Assembly (NCBI GenBank): GCA_002011125.2
Contig: MTMF02000009.1
Coordinates: 1,544,989-1,608,988 of the forward strand
DNA length: 64,000 nt
From: Candidatus Hydrothermarchaeum profundi
GTDB lineage: Archaea > Hydrothermarchaeota > Hydrothermarchaeia > Hydrothermarchaeales > Hydrothermarchaeaceae
Reading direction: 5' to 3'
The position numbers and the translations under genes were made by a program. The notes below the pieces were generated by a model. The model ran no database searches. It was not told where the DNA came from and saw only the letters and a program-made list of their open reading frames with translations. Positions 55,609 to 64,000 of the stretch are shown here, in pieces. Numbering within the stretch: position 1 is the stretch's first letter; the number at the start of each line of letters is the position of its first letter.

Positions 55609-57336
55609 GTGATAAAAATGGCAAGAGTCAGAATTACCGATACTACCTTTAGAGATTCTCATCAATCCCTCCTCGCTACTAGAATGAGGATGAGGGATAT
55701 GATCCCCATCATCGAAAAAATGGACGAGGTAGGATTCTTCTCCTTGGAAGTGTGGGGTGGTGCAACTTTTGATTCATGTATACGATATCTGAATGAGGAT
55801 CCCTGGGAAAGGATAAGAACTTTCAAAAAATATATGAAAAAGACTCCTACCCAAATGCTCTTACGAGGACAGAATCTTGTGGGTTATAGACATTATCCTG
55901 ATGATATCGTAGAAAAATTTGTCGTAAAATCTGCAGAAAACGGAGTGGATATATTTAGGATTTTTGATGCACTCAACGATATAAGAAACATGGAATTTTC
56001 AATAAAGATAGCGAAAAGAGAAGAAGCACATGTTCAAGGAGCAATTTGTTATACAATTAGCCCTGTTCATACTATTGAGTCCTTTGTGGATATGGCGAGG
56101 AAGTTAGAAGAACTGGAATGCGACTCTCTGTGCATAAAAGATATGGCAGGATTGATCTCCCCAAAGGCATCTTACGATCTCATTAAAGCCTTAAAAAAAG
56201 AAATAAGTATACCTATAGACCTTCATTCCCATTGCACCTCTGGTATGGCTCCAATAAGCTATTATTCCGCATGCCAAGCCGGGGTGGATATACTAGATAC
56301 TGCTCTTTCACCTCTCGCTTGGGGGACCTCACAGCCTCCAACAGAGAGTATAATCGCCTCGCTCAAGGGGACTCCATATGACACCGGGCTTGATTTAGGT
56401 GCTTTAGAGGAGGCAACTGCTTATTTCAAGGAGATTCGGCAAAAATATTCTAGCTTAATAGATCCAATATCGGAACTCGTGGATATAAACGTCCTTCTTT
56501 ATCAGATTCCTGGAGGAATGTTATCTAACCTTATATCACAATTAAAAGAACAGAATGCTTTAGATAAATATGATGAGGTTTTGGAAGAAACGCCGAGAGT
56601 TAGAGCAGACCTCGGATACCCTCCCCTTGTCACTCCGAGTAGTCAGATAGTTGGTATTCAGGCTGTGATGAATGTAATACTTGGAGAGAGATACAAGGCG
56701 ATCACTAAAGAAGTTAAAGATTATGTGAAGGGTTTATACGGTAAACCTCCCGGGCAGATAAATGACAGTTTAAAGGCAAAGATCCTCGGAGATGAGGAAC
56801 CCATTGAGGTAAGGCCTGCTGACCTACTTGAGCCTCAGTATGAATTAATGAAGAGAGAGGCTGAAAAACTTGGTATTGTAAAGAAAGAGGAAGATATACT
56901 AACCTACGCATTATTTCCATCTATTGCCCCTAAGTTCTTAAAAGGGGAAATCCGAGAAGAACCGTTGAAACCTCCAGCAGAACAGGCTGCCTCTGAACAA
57001 GGAATACCCACAGAATTTAGAGTCGAAGTAGATGGAGAATCTTATTCAGTGAAAGTGGAGCCTATTGGAGGTTTTATGGATATCGCAGAAATTGAGAAAA
57101 AAAAGGTACCATCAAAGCCCTCAGAAGGAGCCGTAATTGCTCCAATGCAGGGCCTAGTTTTGAAGTTAAAGGTTAAAGTAGGTCAAACTGTTAAAAAAGG
57201 GGATGTCGTAGCTGTATTAGAAGCAATGAAGATGCAAAATGATGTCCATGCTCATAAGAGTGGTATCGTAGAAGAAATATTCGTTACAGAAGGATCGACG
57301 ATACCAGCTGGAACCGCGCTTATGGTGATAAAATAA
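55609..57336 (+). CDS. pycB: Pyruvate carboxylase subunit B (carboxyltransferase plus biotinyl domain)
   Basis: RDSHQSLLATRM, WGGATFD, IKDMAG, HSH, VTPSSQ, EAMKM. Confidence 0.94.
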   Translation: MIKMARVRITDTTFRDSHQSLLATRMRMRDMIPIIEKMDEVGFFSLEVWGGATFDSCIRYLNEDPWERIRTFKKYMKKTPTQMLLRGQNLVGYRHYPDDIVEKFVVKSAENGVDIFRIFDALNDIRNMEFSIKIAKREEAHVQGAICYTISPVHTIESFVDMARKLEELECDSLCIKDMAGLISPKASYDLIKALKKEISIPIDLHSHCTSGMAPISYYSACQAGVDILDTALSPLAWGTSQPPTESIIASLKGTPYDTGLDLGALEEATAYFKEIRQKYSSLIDPISELVDINVLLYQIPGGMLSNLISQLKEQNALDKYDEVLEETPRVRADLGYPPLVTPSSQIVGIQAVMNVILGERYKAITKEVKDYVKGLYGKPPGQINDSLKAKILGDEEPIEVRPADLLEPQYELMKREAEKLGIVKKEEDILTYALFPSIAPKFLKGEIREEPLKPPAEQAASEQGIPTEFRVEVDGESYSVKVEPIGGFMDIAEIEKKKVPSKPSEGAVIAPMQGLVLKLKVKVGQTVKKGDVVAVLEAMKMQNDVHAHKSGIVEEIFVTEGSTIPAGTALMVIK

Positions 57337-57358
57337 ATTCTAAAATATTTAGTGGGAG

Positions 57359-57829
57359 GTGGAAGCCATGGTATTCCAAAAATTGCTGTCAGGTAAAGAT
57401 ACTGTCAAGTTTGTTGAGAATATAATTTATGAAAAAAAGCAGATCCAAGATGTAGGAGTTGATCTTACTGTAAATTCTATAAGCATACTTCAAGGTCCGG
57501 GTTCCGTCGACTTTGGCGGGAGTGAATTCAAGAGAGGTGAATTGAAAAAGTATCCTTTCTGGAAGCCTGAAGGAGAAAAGTATGGTTGGTGGCATCTTGG
57601 AGCTGGGCAATACATTGTGACATATAATGAAAAAATAAATATCCCTAAAGGATGGATAGGAGTACTCCAACCTCTAGACCGTATTATTGAGAACGAATGC
57701 TTCCATCCTACTTTAGTTATCTCTGGTACTAAGCACCCGCTTAATACTGTACTTAGCGTTGGAGCAGCAGGTATAAATATAAAACAAAACGCTAGGATTT
57801 CGAGGTTACTGCTTTTCAAAGTGGAATAA
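57359..57829 (+). CDS. dCTP deaminase/dUTPase-fold protein
   Basis: [33 protein letters not shown]. Confidence 0.75.
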   Translation: MEAMVFQKLLSGKDTVKFVENIIYEKKQIQDVGVDLTVNSISILQGPGSVDFGGSEFKRGELKKYPFWKPEGEKYGWWHLGAGQYIVTYNEKINIPKGWIGVLQPLDRIIENECFHPTLVISGTKHPLNTVLSVGAAGINIKQNARISRLLLFKVE

Positions 57830-57885
57830 TCCGAAGACTGAAAAAGAAATCTTTTTTTATATATGAACTAATTAAAAAAAATACT

Positions 57886-59379
57886 ATGTTTGATAAGGTT
57901 CTAGTAGCTAACAGAGGGGAAATAGCTATTCGTATAATGAGAGCATGCAGAGAGCTCGATATTAAAACAGTGGGAGTTTTCTCGGAAGCAGATAAATATT
58001 CTCTTCACGCTAAGTATGCAGACGAGGCGTATTTCATAGGCCCTTCCCCACCTAGCCAAAGCTATCTTAATATTGATACGATAATAGATGTAGCCCTTAA
58101 ATCAGGAGCTGAGGCAATCCATCCGGGATACGGCTTTCTCGCAGAAAACTGGAAGTTCGCTAAGGCATGTGAAGACGCTGGGATTAAGTTTATTGGCCCT
58201 AGCAGCACTGCAATAAAAAAAATGGGAGATAAAATTGAGGCAAGAAAAATAATGAAAAAGGCAGGCGTACCTATAGTTCCCGGATCAGATGACAAAATTG
58301 AAAATGCTGATGAAGTCTTAGAGATTGTTGAAGAAATTGGATTCCCCATCGTGTTAAAAGCTTCTGCAGGTGGAGGGGGAATTGGGATGAAAATAGTTAA
58401 AAGAGAGGAGGATCTTCAGCGGATTATTGATTCCACTAAATCTGTTTCGAAATCCGCGTTTGGGGATGGCACGCTCTTCGTAGAAAAATACCTACAAGAT
58501 CCCAGGCATATTGAATTTCAGATCCTTGCAGATGACAAAGGTAATACGATTCATATAAATGAGAGGGAGTGCACTATCCAGCGACGGCATCAAAAGCTTA
58601 TTGAAGAAACGCCGTCGCCAATCATGACCGAAGATTTAAGAAACGAGATTGGTGCATTAGCTGTTAAGGCGGCAAAATCTATCAACTACGAAAATGCAGG
58701 TACTGTTGAATTCATATACTCGGAGGGCAACTTTTATTTTTTAGAGATGAACACCCGGTTACAAGTTGAACATCCAATAACAGAGCATACAACAGGAATA
58801 GACCTCGTTAAAGAGCAGCTAAGGATAGCTGCCGGGGAAGGAATGAGTCAAACTCAAGATGAAGTGGTAATGCGGGGCCACGCAATGGAGTGCCGAATAA
58901 ACGCAGAGGATCCCTTAAATGACTTTACACCTTCCCCAGGAAAAATTACTAAATATCGATCTCCTGGTGGACCCGGTGTGAGAGTTGATTCTGGTGTTAG
59001 GATGGGATATACTATTTCACCTCACTATGACCCTATGATCTCCAAGCTCACAGTCTGGGGTAGGAATAGAGAGGAAGTCATAGCAAGGATGAAAAGGGCT
59101 TTAAGTGAATATATTATTGCAGGTGTAACAACTAATATACCATTTCATAAAGCTGTAATGGACAATGAGGCCTTCAGAAGAGGGAAAATAACAACTAACT
59201 TTATCGAAGAGCAGAATATAATAAAAGAGATACCTAAAGTAATAGAGGCCGATAGAGTCAGAGAAGCACGATTAGCTGATTTCTTCAGAGAAGATAGACG
59301 AGTAGTAGCAATATCTACTGCAGTAAGTTCCTATATGGAGATGGCCAAAAGAAAGCAACAGCCCAAAGGTGAAGGATAA
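57886..59379 (+). CDS. pycA: Pyruvate carboxylase subunit A (biotin carboxylase)
   Basis: [46 protein letters not shown]. Confidence 0.94.
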   Translation: MFDKVLVANRGEIAIRIMRACRELDIKTVGVFSEADKYSLHAKYADEAYFIGPSPPSQSYLNIDTIIDVALKSGAEAIHPGYGFLAENWKFAKACEDAGIKFIGPSSTAIKKMGDKIEARKIMKKAGVPIVPGSDDKIENADEVLEIVEEIGFPIVLKASAGGGGIGMKIVKREEDLQRIIDSTKSVSKSAFGDGTLFVEKYLQDPRHIEFQILADDKGNTIHINERECTIQRRHQKLIEETPSPIMTEDLRNEIGALAVKAAKSINYENAGTVEFIYSEGNFYFLEMNTRLQVEHPITEHTTGIDLVKEQLRIAAGEGMSQTQDEVVMRGHAMECRINAEDPLNDFTPSPGKITKYRSPGGPGVRVDSGVRMGYTISPHYDPMISKLTVWGRNREEVIARMKRALSEYIIAGVTTNIPFHKAVMDNEAFRRGKITTNFIEEQNIIKEIPKVIEADRVREARLADFFREDRRVVAISTAVSSYMEMAKRKQQPKGEG

Positions 59380-59406
59380 GATTCTAAATATTTCTAAGTG
59401 TTTACT

Positions 59407-61104
59407 CTACTCGCATTTAAGGGTTCTTAACCTGTTTATCGCGGCTGCAATTTCATATTTCCGGGGACATGCATAATCCCCCGAAGGCATGCTTAATACT
59501 GAGGATAACCCCTCGTTAGAGATTTTATTATCAATTATATCAAGAGCCTCACTCAAAGTTTTGCCATTAAAAAGGTTCTTACCCATATACCACATTATAT
59601 CGCCTATGCTCTTTATTTGAGGTAGCTCTACGATCTGATGTATTTTTGAAAGATCTATAGTTTGATAACCGAATTGGATTGCATTAGTAGACGCTCTTAT
59701 TTTTACCTTGCCTGATCTTTTAGGATCTATGCTACTTTTAAGAGGCTTTCTAGGTTTTATACTTCCAAATTTCTCCCCTCCTTCCAGTATCCTATCAACC
59801 CTATACCGTTGAGCAATCTCTTTAGCCTTTTTTGTGACATCTCGTGGAATATAATTATCCATCATTATCACAGTGTCCGCTACATCAAAGTAATCTCCAG
59901 AACCTCCCATTACTAGTATCGTAGAAACTCCCCTTTCCAGGTATAACGTACGTATCTTATCAATTAGCGGCGTTATTGGCTCTTTTTCTTTCGATACCAA
60001 TTCTTGCATTCTTTTATCTCTGATCATAAAATTTGTTGCAGAGGTATCTTCATCTATTAACAACAATTTAGCGCCTATTTCGAGAGCTTCAATAATATTA
60101 GCCGCCTGTGAGGTGCTTCCTGAAGCGTCTGAAGTACTAAAAGATTTTGTATCTACATTCGACGGTAGATTGGATATGAATGGAGAAATATCTACATTCT
60201 CAACATATCGCCCATCCTCAGCTCTAATTAAAACCGCATCATATATGGTTATAACAAACTCTCTTCCATCTCCAGGCAGGTGATTATAAACTCCCTTAGA
60301 TATCGCATCTAGAAGTGTGGATTTACCATGGTATCCCCCACCTACAATCAAAGTTATCCCCTCAGGAATACCTAATCCCTTAATTTTCCTGGAATTTGGA
60401 GTTTCAAATTCTACCTCAAGTTCCGGCGGAGATCTAAAATATACCACACCACTTTTCTTAGGAGTATCAACTACCCCACTCTGCCTTGGCAAAATAGATC
60501 CATTAGCAATAAAGGCTACAAGTCTGTACTCCTTAAGCTGGGATCGAATATAAGATGCATCCTCGACTATTTCAATATGGTTTTTAAGCTCGCTTTCAGG
60601 TAGATTTTTATAAAAAAGTGAACGATTAACTATACTCGGGATTTCATTGAAAAACATCTCAACCGCCTCTCTGCCTAGGATTTTCCTACCCTCAGCTGGC
60701 AGTCCGATGAAGAAGGAGGCCTCTGTATACTCTCTGTTAACCTCCACCGATGTCCTCTCTAATACTGCCTGACCACACTTAACTATCTCGATTACACCGC
60801 TTCTCCCAGTACCCCTTCGGCCTTTAGAAATCTTTAGTATAGAATCCGCAAATCTCCTTGTTAGATAATCTTCAATCGCAATTTTTCGCACTTTATTTTG
60901 GTAAAGTTCAATAGGAAATTTCCCTAACTCCTGGTAAACCCTAGCTCGTATCCTGCTGGGAGATGCAAAAGGGTCTCCTTGAACATGATCAATGAATATA
61001 AGAAAATCCCCGTAGTCATAGGCGCCTCTTATATTCTTATAGGCTTTATATCCCCTACCATCTATCTTCATTAATATCTCTCTCAACTTTTTGGCACTTC
61101 GCAA
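59407..61104 (-). CDS. ABC-class ATPase of unknown function (ABC_ATPase family)
   Basis: DHVQGDPFASPS, GGGYHGKST, ASGSTSQAAN, LLIDEDTSATNFMIRD. Confidence 0.9.
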   Translation of the reverse strand: MRSAKKLREILMKIDGRGYKAYKNIRGAYDYGDFLIFIDHVQGDPFASPSRIRARVYQELGKFPIELYQNKVRKIAIEDYLTRRFADSILKISKGRRGTGRSGVIEIVKCGQAVLERTSVEVNREYTEASFFIGLPAEGRKILGREAVEMFFNEIPSIVNRSLFYKNLPESELKNHIEIVEDASYIRSQLKEYRLVAFIANGSILPRQSGVVDTPKKSGVVYFRSPPELEVEFETPNSRKIKGLGIPEGITLIVGGGYHGKSTLLDAISKGVYNHLPGDGREFVITIYDAVLIRAEDGRYVENVDISPFISNLPSNVDTKSFSTSDASGSTSQAANIIEALEIGAKLLLIDEDTSATNFMIRDKRMQELVSKEKEPITPLIDKIRTLYLERGVSTILVMGGSGDYFDVADTVIMMDNYIPRDVTKKAKEIAQRYRVDRILEGGEKFGSIKPRKPLKSSIDPKRSGKVKIRASTNAIQFGYQTIDLSKIHQIVELPQIKSIGDIMWYMGKNLFNGKTLSEALDIIDNKISNEGLSSVLSMPSGDYACPRKYEIAAAINRLRTLKCE

Positions 61105-61241
61105 TCTGATTCACCTGTTACTTCAAGTCTTAACCGCACTTGGATCTATAACGCTTTAAGTTTATTGCTTTCCAGTTTTAAAATAGAATATCAGACTTAT
61201 TACAATTATATTTTAAAACGAAAAATATAACAATTAAAGTT

Positions 61242-61682
61242 ATGCTAGGTCAACTGCCTATTCAACCAATGAGGAACACTTATATAACACTATTTGGGGG
61301 GAGGAGTAGCGAGCTAGATTCAAATCAAGCAGGAATAAATAAATATAATTTAAGAAAGACAAATCTCTCCCCACACGTAGACAAAGTTTCAATAAAAAAA
61401 CTTGAAGGAGAAAAGATAGTTCCCCTTTTTGAAAGAAGATGGTTTGAAATCGTTCCTCTAGATAGAACAAGACCCAATGCCTTCTCTAAGTCTCCTCACG
61501 GCGAGATAGTTTTACCAGAGGATATAAATCTTCTCAAAAGACATAATTACTATTATATACGGGAGGGCGAACCGCTCATATTAAACAATGTCCTAAGCAA
61601 AGTTTTAAATGACCCTGAAGAGTGGAGTAAACTGCTTTTAGCAAACTTTTTGTTAAAAAAGAAGAGTCAATTTAGGTTTTAA
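61242..61682 (+). CDS. Hypothetical protein
   Basis: 146-aa ORF filling the gap between genes; no recognisable motif. Confidence 0.5.
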   Translation: MLGQLPIQPMRNTYITLFGGRSSELDSNQAGINKYNLRKTNLSPHVDKVSIKKLEGEKIVPLFERRWFEIVPLDRTRPNAFSKSPHGEIVLPEDINLLKRHNYYYIREGEPLILNNVLSKVLNDPEEWSKLLLANFLLKKKSQFRF

Positions 61683-61713
61683 AGTAAAATCATTCGATGT
61701 CAAGGAATTAAAT

Positions 61714-62052
61714 CTACCACTCTAACGTAGGCGGCATGTTGACTGAAAAATAGACAGCCTTTTCTTTCCCTGGATTCCTTATCCTGTGAGGAAGTTCAGA
61801 TTTATGCCACATTACATCTCCCTCCCTAAGGATGTATTTTTCTCCGCCTGTGTCTACCTCTATCTCGCCCTTGAGTACTATCCTTATTTCTTCACCGCCA
61901 TGCGAATATGTTTTCGGAATCTCACTATTTGGAGGCATTTCGACTATCATGCTTTCAAGTTTTTCTGTCCTTGCCAATAGGTATATAGGTACTTTACCTA
62001 TTTTTATTGACTTTTCACTTTCTCCCCTACGGCGAATAACCACGTCTTCCAT
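61714..62052 (-). CDS. Cupin-domain protein
   Basis: YSHGGEEIRIVLKGEI..LREGD..PHRIRN. Confidence 0.88.
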   Translation of the reverse strand: MEDVVIRRRGESEKSIKIGKVPIYLLARTEKLESMIVEMPPNSEIPKTYSHGGEEIRIVLKGEIEVDTGGEKYILREGDVMWHKSELPHRIRNPGKEKAVYFSVNMPPTLEW

Positions 62053-62186
62053 ATATAGATTTACAACAATACTATTATAATATAAATTGTTCTATGAAGG
62101 GTTGGGATAATAGTTGTTCTATAAGGCATGAGGCTAAAATAAAAAAATGCAACCATAAATTTTAAATACAATTCCGGTGTAATTCC

Positions 62187-62915
62187 ATGGCTGATTTAGA
62201 GGAGATATCCCTTATGTACAAGTTAATGCTATTAATGTTTTCAACGCTGGGCATAATGTTGGTCGCGACGGCTGTCTGGGCGCAGACAGAGGATATTACC
62301 GAATCACCATATTGGCCGTGTGATACCTGTCATCCTCACGAATATGAAATATCAGATAAGTTACCTATACGGGCCCATAAAGAACAGTCCGACCTTAAAG
62401 TCCATGATATACTCGGAAAAGAAAGAAATGCTTGTAGGGTTTGCCACTTAGGCGACGAAAACCCTGCAAAACTCAAGCTACTGAACGGAGAAACTGTAAG
62501 TATTGTTGACGGTGTACCAGAGCTTTGCCATGGATGCCATCAAGAGCGATATAATATGTGGAAAGAAGGAATACATGGAGACTATAGAGAATGGAAAGAA
62601 GGGAAACTCAGCAATCCTCCTAAATGCACTACGGTAGGATGTCACAATCCACATAACCCGACAATGACTGTAGATGTAGCTGAAGAAAGAGTGAAAGCGA
62701 TCTTTACTAAAGCACTCACTCAAAGTATCATAGAAAAAAGAGTACCTAACGATCTAGAATTGCCATGGCCTCCAGCTCCGTATCAAGACTATAAGTATTA
62801 CCCCATACCTCCCAAGCCACACTTTCCTCTCGTGAATACTCTCATTGCGTTGGGGACTCTCGCAGTACTTGCATTGCTTATTATCCCTGCCCTTATTAGG
62901 AGGAAGAGTGAATGA
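62187..62915 (+). CDS. Membrane-anchored multiheme cytochrome c
   Basis: Signal peptide, CDTCH, CRVCH, CHGCH, CTTVGCH, C-terminal TM helix. Confidence 0.88.
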   Translation: MADLEEISLMYKLMLLMFSTLGIMLVATAVWAQTEDITESPYWPCDTCHPHEYEISDKLPIRAHKEQSDLKVHDILGKERNACRVCHLGDENPAKLKLLNGETVSIVDGVPELCHGCHQERYNMWKEGIHGDYREWKEGKLSNPPKCTTVGCHNPHNPTMTVDVAEERVKAIFTKALTQSIIEKRVPNDLELPWPPAPYQDYKYYPIPPKPHFPLVNTLIALGTLAVLALLIIPALIRRKSE

Positions 62916-63721
62916 CTTCAAAGATAACTCGAAGGCAGTTCCTTAAAATGCTTGGGATAGGTGGAGCAAGTTTAATCGGAGGAAGCTATGCTACTCAGCT
63001 TAGAGTACGAGCCTTCGAAGAAGTGTATAAAGTAGGTAAAGAAAGTGTAGCTAGAGGACCTCATAAATATGCTCCAGAACCAATACCGGGTACTAAGTGG
63101 GGTATGGTGATTGATGTAAAAGCATGTATCGGTTGTAGAACCTGTAGAGAAGCCTGTTTCAGGGAAAACAACATTGATAGAGATGCTAGCTTTAGATACA
63201 TAAAAGTTCTACAAATGGAAAAAGGTAAAATAGAATTTGAGCATGCCGATACGGATTATACGGAAATTAATAAAGAAGAGTACTGGTATATCCCAATACA
63301 GTGCATGCAATGTGAAAATCCTCCTTGCGTTCAAGGATGCCCAGTCACTGCGACATGGAAAGAAGTAGATGGGATAGTTGTAATAGATTATTGGAAATGT
63401 ATCGGATGTAGGTATTGTATCATAAATTGTCCATATTGGGCCAGACATTTTAATTGGAAAGAACCAAGAGTCCCACCAGAAGAAGTGAATCCTGAGGTAC
63501 CAATACGACCAAAGGGTGTCGTAGAAAAGTGCACATTTTGCATTCATAGGACAAGAAAAGGCAGGGAACCTGCTTGCGTTGAATCATGTCCAGTAAGAGC
63601 TCGCCACTTTGGAGACCTTAATGACCCTGAGAGTCCTGTCTCAAAGATTTTGAAAGAAAGAGTACCTTTTAGGCTAAAAGAAGAACTCGGAACTAATCCC
63701 AAAATATGGTACGTAGGGTGA
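62912..63721 (+). CDS. Tat-exported 4Fe-4S protein, NrfC/DsrO/QrcC family
   Basis: TRRQFLK, CIGCRTC, CMQCENPPC, CIGCRYC, KCTFC. Confidence 0.92.
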   Translation: MTSKITRRQFLKMLGIGGASLIGGSYATQLRVRAFEEVYKVGKESVARGPHKYAPEPIPGTKWGMVIDVKACIGCRTCREACFRENNIDRDASFRYIKVLQMEKGKIEFEHADTDYTEINKEEYWYIPIQCMQCENPPCVQGCPVTATWKEVDGIVVIDYWKCIGCRYCIINCPYWARHFNWKEPRVPPEEVNPEVPIRPKGVVEKCTFCIHRTRKGREPACVESCPVRARHFGDLNDPESPVSKILKERVPFRLKEELGTNPKIWYVG

Positions 63722-63725
63722 TAAG

Positions 63726-64000
63726 ATGCGTATACTTGGAGTTGAATTAAGGTTCAATGAACTTAAAAACGCAGGACTAAGGTACTGGTGTTTTGTTCTT
63801 GCACTTTTAATTATTATAGGTGTAGGGGTGTATTCTTACTATCTCCAGCTTAAATATGGGTTAATAATTACTGGAATGCGCGACATCTTCACATGGGGAT
63901 TTTATATCCAAAACTTCTGGTTATTTGTCGGTCTAGCCGCAGGCGGATTAATAATATATTCTGGGGTAAATCTCTTTGGAGCAAAACAATTCATGCCTAC
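63726..64000 (+). CDS. NrfD/PsrC/DsrP-family membrane subunit, 3'-truncated (not in ORF track)
   Basis: Manual translation ..QLKYGLIITGMRDIFTWGFYIQNFWLFVGLAAGG..; follows the NrfC-like gene. Confidence 0.88.
   Translation, partial: MRILGVELRFNELKNAGLRYWCFVLALLIIIGVGVYSYYLQLKYGLIITGMRDIFTWGFYIQNFWLFVGLAAGGLIIYSGVNLFGAKQFMP

Noticed and set aside
62087-62122. TTGTTCTAT direct repeat between the cupin and cytochrome genes
   Set aside because: Only 9 bp, two copies in AT-rich DNA; not distinguishable from chance by eye
158-63547. Many 60-190 aa antisense or nested ORFs in the track (e.g. 6495..7055, 10359..10643, 16197..16442, 22177..22638, 50533..50955)
   Set aside because: Shadows of well-supported genes on the other strand or frame, with no family motifs
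1-64000. Mobile elements, tRNA or rRNA genes
   Set aside because: No transposase, integrase, terminal repeats or cloverleaf/rRNA-like GC-rich segments seen; intergenic gaps are short

Overview
Gene-dense, AT-rich archaeal chromosome segment (BRE/TATA promoters, GGAGGT/GGTGA ribosome-binding sites, ATGA overlaps, a PEF-CTERM sorting signal). The gene content fits an anaerobic euryarchaeote such as Hydrothermarchaeota; this is inference only. Five blocks: (1) htpX-aroA; (2) a ~22 kb signalling/cell-surface island (2.5-24.1 kb) with 3 histidine kinases, 3 receiver proteins, a stand-alone PAS protein, 2 KaiC-like and 2 MinD-like ATPases, 2 half-ferritins, 2 tiny wHTH proteins and several large surface proteins; (3) surface-glycan genes, a coenzyme M biosynthesis operon (cysteate synthase, fused ComDE, signal-less SBP-fold protein) and a NarI/HdrD/cytochrome c redox module; (4) a ~20 kb corrinoid methyl-transfer island (4 MtaA/CmuA-family Zn methyltransferases, 2 corrinoid proteins, 2 stand-alone MtrH-like proteins, a RamA/RACo-type activator, sulfonate-type ABC importer, MFS, QueG-like Fe-S protein, double cupredoxin, LysR, Lrp); (5) pyruvate carboxylase, an ABC-class ATPase, a cupin and the start of a multiheme cytochrome c/NrfC/NrfD module. 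Reading the DNA directly gave two small genes missing from the ORF track (wHTH, AbrB), the partial NrfD gene at the right edge, a candidate anti-Shine-Dalgarno sRNA, a hairpin-sequestered leader ORF, two families of shared promoter motifs, probable ATA/ATC start codons and two perfect intragenic repeats. I found no rRNA, tRNA, CRISPR array or transposase.
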